NCBI RefSeq assembly: GCF_006345805.1
Contig: NC_042998.1
Coordinates: 111,476,001-111,540,000 of the forward strand
Source of the DNA: Octopus sinensis
Lineage: Eukaryota
DNA length: 64,000 nt
Direction: 5' to 3'
Shown in pieces: positions 38,400 to 51,180 of the stretch (positions within the stretch are counted from its first letter, which is position 1; every line of letters starts with the position of its first letter). The notes under the pieces are model-generated. The model did not search any database, had not been told where the DNA came from, and saw nothing but the letters and a program-made list of their open reading frames with translations. The position numbers were made by a program, and so were the translations under genes.

Positions 38400-39800
38400 G
38401 AGCAGGAGATTTCCATGTAAGCCAACTATTCGGTCTTTGGAGAGAAATAATTAAGGAATATCTTTAATAAAAGATATTAGTAGTTACCAGTTCAAGGAAT
38501 GACTAAAGAACATACGTAGTGAAAGATAATAGTGGTTAGCACTTTTAAGATCAGAAAACTAAGGAAATCTTCACAGAAAGGTAATAGCATTTCGTAATTG
38601 TTAAGGATCAAGTAATATCCTTAGTAAAAGATAAAAGAAGGCAGTAGTTCCATCTTCGAAGAGAAAGTTAACTTATGTCATAGGAAACTTTGTAAATCTC
38701 AAAAATAAACTTACCAAAGAATATGGTGCAGAAACGACGAATTAGTTTCCTATCTGGTAGCATACAAAATGAAATCCTAGAGTCATACACTCATAACACG
38801 CAGCATGAGATCAAAATATTGTTGAAGATTCCATGTTTATTGATCTTGTATGTGATTGCCCTGGCATGGAACAAGAATCAGTTATTGCCGTTATGTTTCT
38901 GAAAACCAGGATTTCCACGAAGATTTTCTCAGCTTTTATAACCCTCCTGACTACACTTCGGAGAATATGACTAAGGTTATTTTGGATGCTTTTGTTGCAT
39001 AAACACTTCTCTGGGCTCAAAATTATTCTGCTTTTTTCTTTGATGGCGCAAGTACTATGAGCAGAAACATTTCAAGCATACAAAAGAGATTAAAAGAAAT
39101 GTTTCCTGATATATTTTTGCACACTGCGGAAACCACACTCTTGACCTTGTCCTCCAAGAAATTGGATCTACAGTTTCCATGGTCAGAGATGCATTGAACT
39201 TTGTTCACCAAATCACCGTTCTTCTGAAAGTGCTATGGACCAGCCTTTGTGATGCAAATGTCATCATGTCGCAAGCCTGTGTCTGTTGCACTAAGTGAGA
39301 GAATGTTCAGCACACTCCGATGTCTGAAGGCCTAACTCCGTACCACAATGAGGTAACATCTCTGACACACTGCGCTGTAATGCATATACATAAAAACTTG
39401 TACAATAAAAATTATTTGGATCTCCTCTTGGAAAACTTCCTCCCCAAAATGAGCGAGTATAGAAAAATTTTTGGAATGATTTCAAGCATAAGTTTTCCAT
39501 ATATAACAACGTCTCTATGTCATGGCTTGAAGTTAATAGTAGCCACAGAGTTTATCAAGGTGTGTTGTTGCTGAAGGACCGTCGGCAAACTCAGTTTGTC
39601 AACAGTCCTGCAGCAGCAACACCCGTTGGTAAACTCAGTGGCTATTACTAACTTCAGGCCACGACAGACAGAGAGGATGCTCTTGAAGCCGAGAATTTGA
39701 ACTTACGGAGAAAATATTTACATATCGCCTACGGAAACACAGCTAGATTTCATAATGCAGGAAACGGTTGCATAATCAAGTACCTGCAAGCCTGGAGGAC
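38400..39800 (+). mobile_element. Degenerate hAT (Tip100/ZMYM1-like) transposase remnant
   Basis: RYVSENQDFHEDFLSFY, DGASTMSRNISSIQKRLKEMFP, HCGNHTLDLVLQE (CxxH motif); many frameshifts; ends not identified. Confidence 0.78.
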
Positions 39801-39873
39801 TACGTTGCGTAGAAACAATTGTAGTGATGAAAATAAATGTTCAACCGTCCTCCCTTTTGTATGCTTGTATATG

Positions 39874-39920
<47 letters not shown>

Positions 39921-39922
<2 letters not shown>

Positions 39923-40811
39923 AGGTACGTACATATATGTTTATATATATGCATATGCTTTATTTCATTTATTAATATATTATATGACAAAACGCACGCA
40001 CCCCCTTAAGTTAGATGGTCCTGTATATCAAGTTTTGGTCTTGATATTAACTCTGACGCGCACTCTTCACCTTTCTGTCCCATCCCTATTCTTTGATTTT
40101 CTTTTTCCTCTACTTAACTTGTCTCTTCCTCTCTCTCTCATTTTTCACTCTCTCTCTCTCCCTCACCATTCTTCATGGTTTCCTCGCAGCCATTCCCCTT
40201 CTTCTTTCCCTTCCTCTTGCTCCTCCTCCCCCCTTCCCGTCGTCCACCCGCGACGATACTTCCGCTCTGACTGTCTTTCTGGCCTGGCCTTTCAAGGTAA
40301 CTGGACGACATTCTTCCTGCTCCCCTGTCGTTCACAAAAAATTCTGCGTTTGCAATACTTTTTTCGTTCGGCGTCAACAGCCCTTCTTATCTTGTTTTTC
40401 CCTGTCCTGTCTTTTACTGTTTATATTTTTGTACTGTCGTTACTGTTCTGTTTTTTTCCATTTTTTACCCCTCTGCGAAAAGATCTCAGAATTTTAATTG
40501 ATTTGCTTTTCGCAGGAAGGAAAGTTTCTTGTCGAAGATACGTTTCGCTTTTATCCTTCGAAACGTAGAGTAGATGAAACCATAGCGACTGAAGAAGGGG
40601 TTTTTCCTTGTGTTAATTGTCCTGTACTCCATTTTTTGCTGTTTTTAAAAAAATGTCCAGTTCCTTTGGTTTGTGTCTATGTTTTCGTTTCTCTTTGTGT
40701 TCGACGTCCCTTTGGTGTCCTGTATTCATATATGCGTGTATATGTACATGTAGAGGTAGGTACGTACATATATGTTTATATATATGCATATGTTTTATTT
40801 CATTTATTAAT

Positions 40812-40812
<1 letters not shown>
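39921..40812 (+). mobile_element. Unclassified element with ~57-bp terminal direct repeats, possibly Penelope-like
   Basis: GTAGGTACGTACATATATGTTTATATATATGCATATG(C/T)TTTATTTCATTTATTAATATA at 39921 and 40756; pyrimidine-rich interior. Confidence 0.55.
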
Positions 40813-40888
<76 letters not shown>

Positions 40889-41076
40889 TACACAGACGGA
40901 TACATACATACATAGAAACATGTATACATGCATACATACATGCATACATACATACATACATACATACATACATACATACATACATACATACACACATACA
41001 TACATACATACATACATACATACATACATACATACATACATACATACATACATACATACATACATACATACATACA

Positions 41077-41106
<30 letters not shown>
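40812..41106. repeat. Compound (GATA)/(GACA)/(CATA)n tract
   Basis: Read directly. Confidence 0.97.
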
Positions 41107-41111
<5 letters not shown>

Positions 41112-41520
41112 GAAGGCAGTTCACTCGTGGCCGAAGATGACCATCACTGACATGAAAAAAAATGAGCTCTCAAATAAAACTCATACTCTACACTTGTGGC
41201 TTCACTGGTGCCTGATGAGCTCAGCTTTTAATAAACATACCGATCTGCAGATATTGTTTTCCCCATTCACTACTGGTGGTGCGTTTTCGAGCAGTTCGCA
41301 TGAAAAATGCGTGATTAGATTTCTTTTTTCTTAAAATACCCGCTCTTTCCTTTACATGTTTCCTCCATTTGTAGCGATGACAAGCATTGTTTTCCCACTT
41401 GACCTCCTATTTTCTACTTGTCTTCAACGAGGACTTTGCACAATCCTTAAGTCGTTGCCTAGGTTTCTTCTGTGAGCGTTTTCCACAACCAAGTTCGTAA
41501 TATAGCATTTATGCGCGTAC
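41112..41520 (-). mobile_element. RTE (BovB-like) LINE 3' fragment
   Basis: MLYYELGCGKRSQKKPRQRLKDCAKSSLK...WENNACHRYKWRKHV and C2H2-like ICRSVC...LIRHQ*SH, typical of RTE C-termini. Confidence 0.8.
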
Positions 41521-42784
41521 AGAGCGTAATTCTCTAATAGTGAATGGAGAAGAGCACAGCGCAATAAAGAACTAAATATATTGTATACAAAGAGTGTATG
41601 TTCTTTTATTGAAGAAAGTGACAGCAGTGCATAGTTATTTGTTTCAATGCATAATCGCACATTATTAAAGGTCAGAAGAGTTTTGTATTAATAACCAGCT
41701 GCTGTTTATTTATAAGTTAAAACACAAAAGACTCGAGCTAAGAGAAACAGGTGGATGTAGAGGGTCCCTTGTATTCATTTTACAAAAATTTTAATCAAAA
41801 GAGCAGAGCCAATGAATTGTTGATTTTATCGGCAGCTGTGTTTCAGATCTTTCTAGAATCAAACCAAAAATAACGAATATAATTTGAAATGAAGAAGTAA
41901 AGAATAATTAGAGTAATCGAGTAGCTAAGATTGTCTTAATCGGCAAACGTAACTATAAAAAAGACTAAAATCTAATACACGGTCAAATATCAGAACAACG
42001 TGTAATCGAAAAGGAATATTCAATTTACTAAGTTGACACATAAATAGCATGGTTATAGAGCTTGGTCAGGAATAGTACGAATAAAAAATATCAAAGGATT
42101 GAAATAATTTTAATTAAATATACATAAATATAGCTTAAGCAAAAACAGCCGTTTCGATTTTGAAATGAAGAAATTAAGTAATTTTCTGTTTGTGGAAAGG
42201 TTTCGCTTTATTGTATTTCTACATTGCATTAAGGTTGACAAAGTTACATGATTCGTGACCAAATAACTGTGGTTGGATTTTACGGAATTTCTGTAAAATA
42301 TTTTCTGGCATCTCAGTATGTCTTTATCAGCGTCAAGCTGCTCTTTGCTATGTTTGTGGATTCGCTTATGGTATATGGAATTTATTCCATGTTATCTTCC
42401 TATTTTATTTATTTTGGAATTTGCGGAGATACGTTGTAGTGTTTGATAAGACTTAATAAATATTTCCTTATCTGATGGTTGAACTGATATTTGAGTTCTA
42501 ATATTCTCCGTGATATATTTTATTAGAGTCAGTAGGTGGTTCGAGTTTTTAATAAAAAGTATTGTTTGTTGGTCTGACTTTTGGTAGGGTTAATGTTAGC
42601 CTGCGAATATATGTTATGTTATTTCTAGAAAATTCACCAAATATAGTAAGTTGTTTATTCAAGTTTTCCAAGACTTTCGATACCGTCTCCATTCGGATTA
42701 TAAGATAGGGATAACTCTTCAGTTCTTTATAGCCATTTACATGCTTATTTGTTTGACCTTGTAGCACAACAATTACTTAAATAC

Positions 42785-42828
<44 letters not shown>

Positions 42829-42920
42829 CGCGCGGCTGGCGGGGTTATATGTTCTACATCTTTATATATATTTTCTCTTCTGTTTTTGATCATATCATTG
42901 GAATGTAGATAACAAAAACA

Positions 42921-43016
42921 ATATCACATCTTAAACCTGAGGAAAGTCTTTCATATCACATCTTAAACCTGAGGAAAGTCTTTCATATCACATCTTAAAC
43001 CTGAGGAAAGTCTTTC
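42921..43016. repeat. Perfect 32-bp tandem repeat x3
   Basis: ATATCACATCTTAAACCTGAGGAAAGTCTTTC three times, no spacers. Confidence 0.97.
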
Positions 43017-43394
43017 ATAGTTTTACTGTTCCGCTTACAGATTGTATCTGTAATGTGCGAGTCAGCTGGTTGATTTTTTCCCCCCGAAAATCCAAACTGA
43101 TCCAGACTAAAAAACAAAGTGTTCTAATTATTGTTGGTATAAATAGGAATTTGTAATCCGGATATAGAAACTAGAGTTTTCGAAACAGGTGTCCGTAGTT
43201 AGTTTCCTTTTCCTTCGATTTTCAGAGATATTCACATCAGCAGCACAGCTGACCTCTATGGCGGTAAATGCTTTTTTCTTGTTTGTCTCAAACAACAATA
43301 TCCGGTTCTTTATGCCTCTTATGTGTGTATTCATGCATGCATGCATGTATGTATGTATGTATGTATGTATGTATGGATGGATGGATGGATGGAT

Positions 43395-44405
43395 GGATGG
43401 ATGGATGGATGTCATTATTCAGCTTCTTTATTCAGTTTCATTATGAGATTTCTTGCCGAAAAAGAGTCGGTTTCTAACCTAGATCAAAGGCTCCTTCATT
43501 GGAATTTAAACATCAACAACATGTTATGTATGTATGTATGTATGTATGTATGTATGTATGTATGTATGTATGTATGTATTCTCATGCATATAGTTGCATA
43601 TCCAGATATCCTCATACTTATTTAAATGGAAAGTTTTACAGATTTTTACAGTTCCAGTGATGGATTGTATGTAGTCTTCGAATTAGCTTTCTCCTTTCTG
43701 GTTTAGAGAAACCTAATTTCTCAAGATTGATATTTATAATTTCTCAAGTATATTACATATCCCAGTGCCCCAATAATTACAGGTATAAACCTGAACTTGT
43801 AATCTGGATAGAGTAACTGCAGATTTCTCAATAGTTCAGCATAGGTGTTCTCTTTTTCACTAATCTTCAGCTTTATGTTAACATCCGCTGGGCAGCTATT
43901 TTTCACAACTGTGCACAGTTTCTCTTCTCTATCCCAAATCATTATATCAAGTCTGTTGTGCTTACATTTTATTGAGGTCTTCACTGGTAAATTCCACCAG
44001 TATTCCTTTTCATTATGAGTGGTTATGGCTTCTACCACAATATGGGTTTTTGTCCTCGAGATTATCCTTCTGATGGATTTCATTATACAGTGTCTTAGCA
44101 ACAACGTCTTATCTCATCGGTAGATAATACCGTGATGACATTTTCGGACAACTGCTTATGATGTGGGTGATAGATTCAATGTTAACTCCACAAAATTTGC
44201 ATCGGTTATCACATTTTACTGCTTTTCCTGTATCTCTATCCCTTTTGTTCATGAGGTACTTGGTTTATATTTCATGTTCCTGGATTGCAAACACATACCC
44301 TTCAATGTGGGAGGTAGTAATCCGGCTATTGTTCCATGATAAACTACTTTTTTGATCGATGTTACTATCATCATGAAGCTTTCTAGTAACATATCCATGC
44401 ATAGT
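43395..44405 (-). mobile_element. Dong/R4-type RLE retrotransposon 3' portion
   Basis: FAIQEHEI, CKFCGVNIESITHIISSC (CCHC), HNRLDIMIWD, KENTYAEL, FIPVIIGALG. Confidence 0.88.
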
Positions 44406-44540
44406 CTAGTTAGAGCGTTAAAACTTAGTGCATATGCACAGTTGAGGCCAAGGTTAATCTGTGACAAGCGGCTTCACTCTGCGTGCTTTAGCTTCGTTAC
44501 TATGGCAACAGTTCGGATACTTATAGGTCGGACTTCGTAT
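44405..44540 (-). mobile_element. Mariner-like left-end fragment
   Basis: TACGAAGTCCGACCTATAAGTATCCG resembles irritans-type TIR starts; no partner TIR seen. Confidence 0.45.
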
Positions 44541-44579
44541 ATGTGAATATGTGTATATGTGTATGTGTGTGTGTGTCTG

Positions 44580-44735
44580 TAGTACGAGCTTCTTTCAGTT
44601 TTCGTCTAGCGAGCCCTCTCAAAACTTTGGTTGGCCTACGGCTGTAGCAGAATACACTTACCCAAGAGGCCATGAATATTGAACACCAAACCATGTGGTA
44701 GTTAAGCAAATTTCTTACCACATAGCTTTGCCTGC
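44580..44735 (-). mobile_element. SINE family A head, diverged
   Basis: GCTATGTGGTAAGAAATTTGCTT...CCACATGGTT...AAACTGAAAGAAGC. Confidence 0.75.
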
Positions 44736-45483
44736 GCCTATGTGTTTGTACGTGTATATATTCATACATACATATACACATACCCATATACACTAAAACC
44801 CACACACATGTTTATATACATTCACATACATACATATATGCATATGTATGTGTGTATAATCCTATAGGAATACTATGTGTATGCGTGCGTTTGTGTGTGT
44901 ATGAGCATAGTGACAGCAATGTGTATTTGTACACGCACAAATGGTGTTTTAAAGATGAAACTAGTCTCCATTAGTTGGAAAATACAACAGCCCAAAATTG
45001 ATTTTGGGATAACTTCGAATATGGATCAAAAAGTTCACGACTTTGTATGTTTTGTTTTTGTCTTCAAGTGGCAGCCTTGTTTTATTTTTGGAAACTTTTG
45101 TCTCTGAGAAGCAACATCACGCTTGATTATTGGTATATATCTCGACCGTTCTTGTATAAAAATGGAGCCTGGTAAATATGATTAATAAAAATAAAATATT
45201 AAATTAATAAAAACTTAGATCATTTCTATTCTTTGTTTCATCTTCATTGGCTTATTTTATGAAATATATAATGTATTGGACAGTAACTTAGCTATAAATG
45301 TTTCTTAAAAGTATAAATGTACTATGCACAGACGTAGGGGCAGTAGGCGTTCTTACACTCCCACATTCGCAGACACACACACACAAACACACAAATATAC
45401 GGACATTTTTATATGTCCTTGTATGCGTGCGTGGGTATGGGCATGTGCGTGTGTCAGTGTGTGTGTGTGTAATATACTGTTCC

Positions 45484-45573
<90 letters not shown>

Positions 45574-46569
45574 TGAGAGAGAGCAAACTAAGGCCAACCG
45601 GATAGAGACAAGAACCAAGTTATATATATATATCTACTGGCGCATATATGTGTTTGTGTGTGTCCGTGTGTCTGTGTATCCGTGTGTTTGAGTGTTCGTA
45701 TGTCCGTGCGTGTAACAATACTTTTTTCCATGCGTCACATAAAACTGACTCCACGATAAAGAAACTGTTTAGATATGTATTTTTATACATGGTATTTAAA
45801 CATTTCACGTGACATCGTATGCCATATACTGTTACTAGGGAGTAACTTGTTGCTGATATCAGTTTGGTTGCGAATATCCTGTACGTGTAGAGCAGTAATT
45901 ATAATATCTGCAGCCTAGGAAAAAATTCCAGAGAATCTAAGACAAATAGCCAAAGTCTGCATTAAAATTTGAAAATAAATGAGCATCACAAATAAAGAAA
46001 TATGTAAATTTAGTATGAGAGAAAAGGGAGTGAAAGAGAGTTTGTGTAAGAAAAAAAAAGGGAAGGCTAAGGTGATAATAGACTAGAGAGATGGATATAC
46101 TTAAAAAGTGAGAGATACATGACTTTGCTAAACATTAGTTTCAATACGAGTAATAAAAAAATATATCTACATGTATGCATAAAAGAGAAGGTGGTAGAGA
46201 GCAGAAAGTATGTATTAAATAGAGAAACTGAGTACAGAGAGATCATGTGTTAGCATAAAGAGTAAAGTAATAGTATGCTATGTTGCTGGATATAATAAAA
46301 ACAAACCAACTTACAGACACAAGCAGCTGGTCAAAATTAATGGTCGAAATATGATTTTAAAATCTGGGAACATGAAGAAGTACGTAAAAAGTGCATAGAA
46401 ACGAAGAATTTAAACAACTCAAAGGTGGGGGCAAAAGTTTAAAAACTTAAAAGGCCTTTAGTGAAGTAATGTGCATCACCTATATCATGATCAATGAAAA
46501 ACCGGGTAAATGCGTTCAAATGCGATATTCGAAAGAAATCAAGAGATCGCCCTTTATCGTAGTAGTAGT

Positions 46570-46618
<49 letters not shown>

Positions 46619-46619
46619 C

Positions 46620-46856
46620 TGTCGACTAAGACGACGAGAGTTCCATTTGATCCTATCAGCGGAACATCCTACTCGTGAAATTAACGTGCATGTACCCCTA
46701 ACGTAGTTCTCAGAGAGATTCAACGTGACACAGATTTTTACAAGGCTAGCCGTGAGGATAAAATGTCTTGCTCGAGGATACAATGCGCCGCCGGGAACTG
46801 AACTCACGACCTTACGATCGCGAGCCGAATACCCCAACCACCAAGCCCCGCCCTTC
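46620..46856 (-). mobile_element. SINE family C
   Basis: Head GGTGGTTGGGGTATTCGGCTCGCGATCGTAAGGTCGTGAGTTCAGTTCC with family C tail. Confidence 0.82.
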
Positions 46857-47901
46857 ACAATATATTCCTCTGTATTCTAAATATTAATGGTCTTAACAGT
46901 TGCAATTTGTGACTCAGAGAAATGATTAGGCACGTCTTCTCTTCAACAGATGAGTCCAAGAAACCAGAAGTTTTGAAGAATGTTTGTAACAGTTCAGTAA
47001 TTCAGATCTTCGACTTGAAGTTGATTTTCCTTGAAAAAAGTTTAATTAATTTTCACTTAAACGTGACAGGCATTCGTGGAATGGAGGTAAGAGCCAGATG
47101 TGGGCTTTTTTTTCTAAAATCACCAACGTGAATTCTGAAAGAAACCAAACCATGTTCTTTCAAAAGCCGTACGTATTTGCACAGACTGACTGAGTCTGTA
47201 AAAGTATATAATTAACAACACAAGTGTAGATGACTATAACCGGTGTCTGACAGCTGTCTAATTTGGCAAACAAGTATCGTATATTAAAATATATTTAATT
47301 ATGCTGCATATAGATTTATGATTACAGCAAAAACTTTGGTCAACGCAGTCTACATTTATCAAATAAACGTAGTCATCCATTGAAGTATATGAGAAATGGG
47401 AAGTGAACAGTGATTTCACTCCTAACTATCACAATCACCCACAATTATACATATAAAAGAACACAATACAAACTCCCCTAATGCAAATTACATTATCTTT
47501 TGATCTCCCACTTAAACATTAGCAATACCATTACGACAAAATATTAAACTCACTTATCTCACGATTCATTCACCTGGAACTAATATCATAACGCAACACA
47601 GTTGATAAACTTTGCTTTAATGATGGCTTCTAATGACACGGAAAACTTAGCCAATCCATTCTTAACACTTAGCTTCAGAACATTAATACGTCTGAATTGC
47701 TCCTAATATGATCACTTATCAGAATAGGGGAACGAAATAATAAATATTAAATGTGTTACAGAGCTTCACTTTCCTAGGCGTGTATTTAACACTAGACATG
47801 CATTATTAAAGTAAGGTCTGTAATCAAAATATACTGATATATATATATATATACAGACACATATACGTCTGTATATAAATATATATATCTATACATATGT
47901 A

Positions 47902-47984
<83 letters not shown>

Positions 47985-48139
47985 GTCTGTATTTGTAAGT
48001 GTGCGCGCCCGTGGGTGTGGGTGTGTGGGTGTGCATGTATGTATGCGTACTGAATGAAATATTTCTCTTTTTTACTAGTTTCCGTCATTACACGGCGGCC
48101 ATCCTGGGGCATTACATTGAATGGTTTTTATGTATTTTC

Positions 48140-48324
48140 TCTTTTATTTCTTTTACTTGTTTCAGTCATTTGACTATGGTCATGCTGGAGCACCGCCTTT
48201 TGTCGAAAAAACTGACCCCAGGACTTATTCTTTGTGAGCCTAGTACTTATTCGATCGGTCTCTTTTGCCGAATCGCTAACTTACGGGGACGTAAACACGG
48301 AGGGACAAACACAAAAACTCAAAT

Positions 48325-48397
<73 letters not shown>

Positions 48398-48755
48398 GAC
48401 GGGCTTCTTTCAGTTTCCGTCTACCAAATCCACTCATAAGGCTTTGGTCGGCCCATGGCTATAGTAGAAGACACTTGCCCTAGGTGCCACAGAGTGGAAC
48501 CGAACCCGGAACAATGTGGTTGGGAAGCAAGCTTCTTACCACACAACTATATAAATATATATGCGTGTGTGTGTGTGTGCGTATGCATATGCATATACGA
48601 CGGCTTTTTTTTCAGTCTCCGTCAACCAAATCCACTCACAATGCTTTTGTTGGCTCAGAACCATACTGGAGCACACCTGCCTATGATGCCACGTAGTGGG
48701 ACTAAGCACGAAACCATGTAGTTGGGAAGCAAACTTCTCACCTCACAGCCACACT
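48140..48755 (-). mobile_element. SINE family A, near-full copy (48140-48545) plus a second head (48595-48755)
   Basis: Reverse complement of 7342-7738 with internal (TA)n. Confidence 0.88.
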
Positions 48756-49102
48756 TGTCTGTGCGTGTATGTAGCTCTGCGTATCAGTATGTTTGTATAT
48801 ATCTAAACTCTTGAACCTCTTGAAATAAACGTGTTTAAAAGAAAAGTCTGTTTGAAATATACAAATTCACCCTTGGACACCCATTCTGTGTAAATTCATA
48901 TCCTTGTCATATTTATGTATCTTTGTGTTTATATTCATTTTCCAATCTCCTTCGGTTCCAGTCACTTAGCTGTCTAACCATTTCAGAGCATTCCCTTTTT
49001 CCTTATTTCTAACTTTTCCCTCTTTCATGTGCTCTTTTTCGCATTATGCTTTCTTATTTTTATCTCATCATCATTTTCTGTCTCTTGGCTGCTTTTATTT
49101 AT

Positions 49103-49653
49103 CTCTCTATATATATATATGGAAACTGAAAGAAGCTCGTACTACAGACACACACAGACACACATACACATATAAACATTTTCACATATACGAAGTCCGA
49201 CCTATAAGTATCCGGACTGTTGCCATAGTGTATATAAGTCTTGAAAAGATTACAAAATCTATTCCAGGTGAGAATGCGATCGATAAAGCCGTAGGAACGT
49301 GTATTTGTATGCGCGAGTACATCAGCTGTTGTGATCGATACTATGCGTACGCGAGAAAAATGCACGTGCAGTTTGTGCAAAAAAAGCCGGCTAGCTTGAA
49401 ATTATGCCACAAAATGCAGTATATTTAAAGGACAAAAAAAGTAAGATGCAAAAGATATATTTTCTTCAAACTTGGCATGAAGGAAGGAAGGACTATTTGC
49501 TTTCTCAAGAAGTTTTATTTTTAACAAAACCAAAATATTTATTGAAATAAAGGCATGCTTAATTATTTTTCAATGAAAAGAAAACACTGATTGCTTTTTA
49601 TTCAGCAGATGATTCAGCACCGTCCATTGGACGGGGGGGGGGCTTTTGCTCGT
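49103..49653 (+). mobile_element. Helitron-like element H1 with a foreign 108-bp insert
   Basis: Starts CTCTCTATATATA; body TATAAGTCTTGAAAAGATTACAAAAT; ends CCGTCCATTGGACGG...GCTCGT as in 25243-25560. Confidence 0.68.
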
Positions 49654-49698
49654 ATATATATATATAATATATATATTTATTTATTTATTTTATAGAAG

Positions 49699-49751
49699 GA
49701 GCTTCTACAGGGCTAGAACTGTTTCATTCAGATGAAATCTTCAGGAAGCTC
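49699..49751 (-). ncRNA. Type-I hammerhead ribozyme motif
   Basis: GAGCTTC-CTGAAGA-T-TTC(ATCT)GAA-T-GAAA-CAG(TTCTAGCC)CTG-TA-GAAGCTC; GUA triplet; U.U at base of stem II. Confidence 0.75.
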
Positions 49752-49762
49752 TGAAGCTCTGT

Positions 49763-49811
49763 GCTTCCTGAAGATTTCATCTGAATGAAACAGTTCTAGT
49801 CCTGTAGAAGC
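49763..49811 (+). ncRNA. Type-I hammerhead ribozyme motif
   Basis: GCTTC-CTGAAGA-T-TTC(ATCT)GAA-T-GAAA-CAG(TTCTAGTC)CTG-TA-GAAGC. Confidence 0.75.
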
Positions 49812-49923
49812 TCTTTCTATAAAATAAATTACTTTACTCTGCTATGTATTGAGTACCTTATTTACTGTGGTTTACCCCGACTCAACCCGGGACCTACATA
49901 TATATATATATATATATATATAT

Positions 49924-49959
<36 letters not shown>

Positions 49960-49979
49960 TCAGTTTCACTTATATTGCT

Positions 49980-50355
49980 ACTAGCAGTATCACCCGGCGT
50001 TGCTCGGGTTTGTAAGGGAAATAACTATAAAGCATTTTTAGAGAGTTATAGCAAAATAATGGAAAAAAAATTTTGGTAAATTTATTTTTGAGAGTTAAAA
50101 AGGTGGAGTTGCGTCCCCTAGACAGTCTGTGGTTTGTGTTTCTGATTCTCGACCCCATGTCGAATTTATCGATTTTTTTCAGAACTGGGGGAACTTTTCA
50201 AAATTTTCGCTGCGTTAGTTTTGAATTATGACATTGGGCTATGTGTGTGTCAAGTTTCATCAGAATAGGTTGAAAGCCGTGGTCAGGGTGAGGGTACAAC
50301 CTAACAGACACACAGAAACACACACAGACAAACTGCCGTTTATATAGAGAGAGAT
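49980..50355 (+). mobile_element. Non-autonomous Helitron-like (Lep1/DINE-type) element
   Basis: ACTAGC...CCCGGCGTTGCTCGGG 5' hairpin, CAAGTTTCATCAGAAT motif, ACAG/CA repeat, end TTTATATAGAGAGAGAT. Confidence 0.72.
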
Positions 50356-50599
50356 GTATTCTTTGTTTATCCCTTTTATGGTTGTCCAATTTAGATTTTT
50401 ATTCTTTCTTGAATTACAATCTTTGTTTTCTTTTTTCCTGTTTCTCTCACTTCTTTTTCGCTTTTACTCTTTATTTTCTATTTTGCCTTTTCTTCTTTTC
50501 ATTCTACATTTTCTCTTTTCCTTTCTCATGTTTCTTGGTGCCATTTTACCTTTCTCTGCCAAATGCTTTCTTTCTACTTACTTTTTTTATTCCTTTTTC

Positions 50600-50810
50600 T
50601 TTTATTCTTTAATTTGTTCCAGTCATTTGACTGCGGCAATGCTGGAGTACCACCTTTAGTCGAATAAATTGACCCCAGAACTTATTCGTTGTAAGCCTAG
50701 TACTTATTGTATCGGTCTATTGAGTCAAACCGGTAAGTTACGGCGACATAAACACACCTGCGTCGGTCGTCAAGTGATGGTGGGGGTACAAACACAGACA
50801 CACAAATACA
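50600..50810 (-). mobile_element. SINE family A 3' half
   Basis: CAGTCATTTGACTGCGGCAATGCTGGAGTACCACC tail. Confidence 0.85.
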
Positions 50811-50815
50811 TACAT

Positions 50816-50885
<70 letters not shown>

Positions 50886-50919
50886 AAAGTGTACGTACGC
50901 CGCTATATATATATACATA

Positions 50920-50972
<53 letters not shown>

Positions 50973-51102
50973 CATATACAAAATGGGACAAGAACGCAAA
51001 ACATCCAGATAGTTATGTGATACAAGAAAGGGACAAACATCCAGACAGACGAGATAGATAGATAGATGATAGATAGATAGATAGATAGATAGACAGATAG
51101 AC

Positions 51103-51180
<78 letters not shown>

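Larger units (their letters stand above)
49683..49900. mobile_element. Palindromic Penelope-like insertion (family P2)
   Basis: ~66-bp inverted arms 49683-49749 and 49763-49828 with a 13-bp spacer, then unique tail to 49900; embedded in (TA)n. Confidence 0.8.

Noticed and set aside
39837-40568. 243-aa ORF, the longest in the track
   Set aside because: Starts in microsatellite and runs through pyrimidine-rich repeat DNA depleted of stops; no domain recognisable.
40588-40612. CTGAAGA plus hairpin as a hammerhead
   Set aside because: No GAAA follows the hairpin.
42921-43016. 32-bp repeat as a CRISPR array
   Set aside because: No spacers, no cas genes, eukaryotic context.
46950-47086. Possible plus-strand exon (TTCAACAG acceptor, GTAAGA donor, open frame)
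   Set aside because: Peptide unrecognisable and no partner exons; expected by chance in 64 kb.
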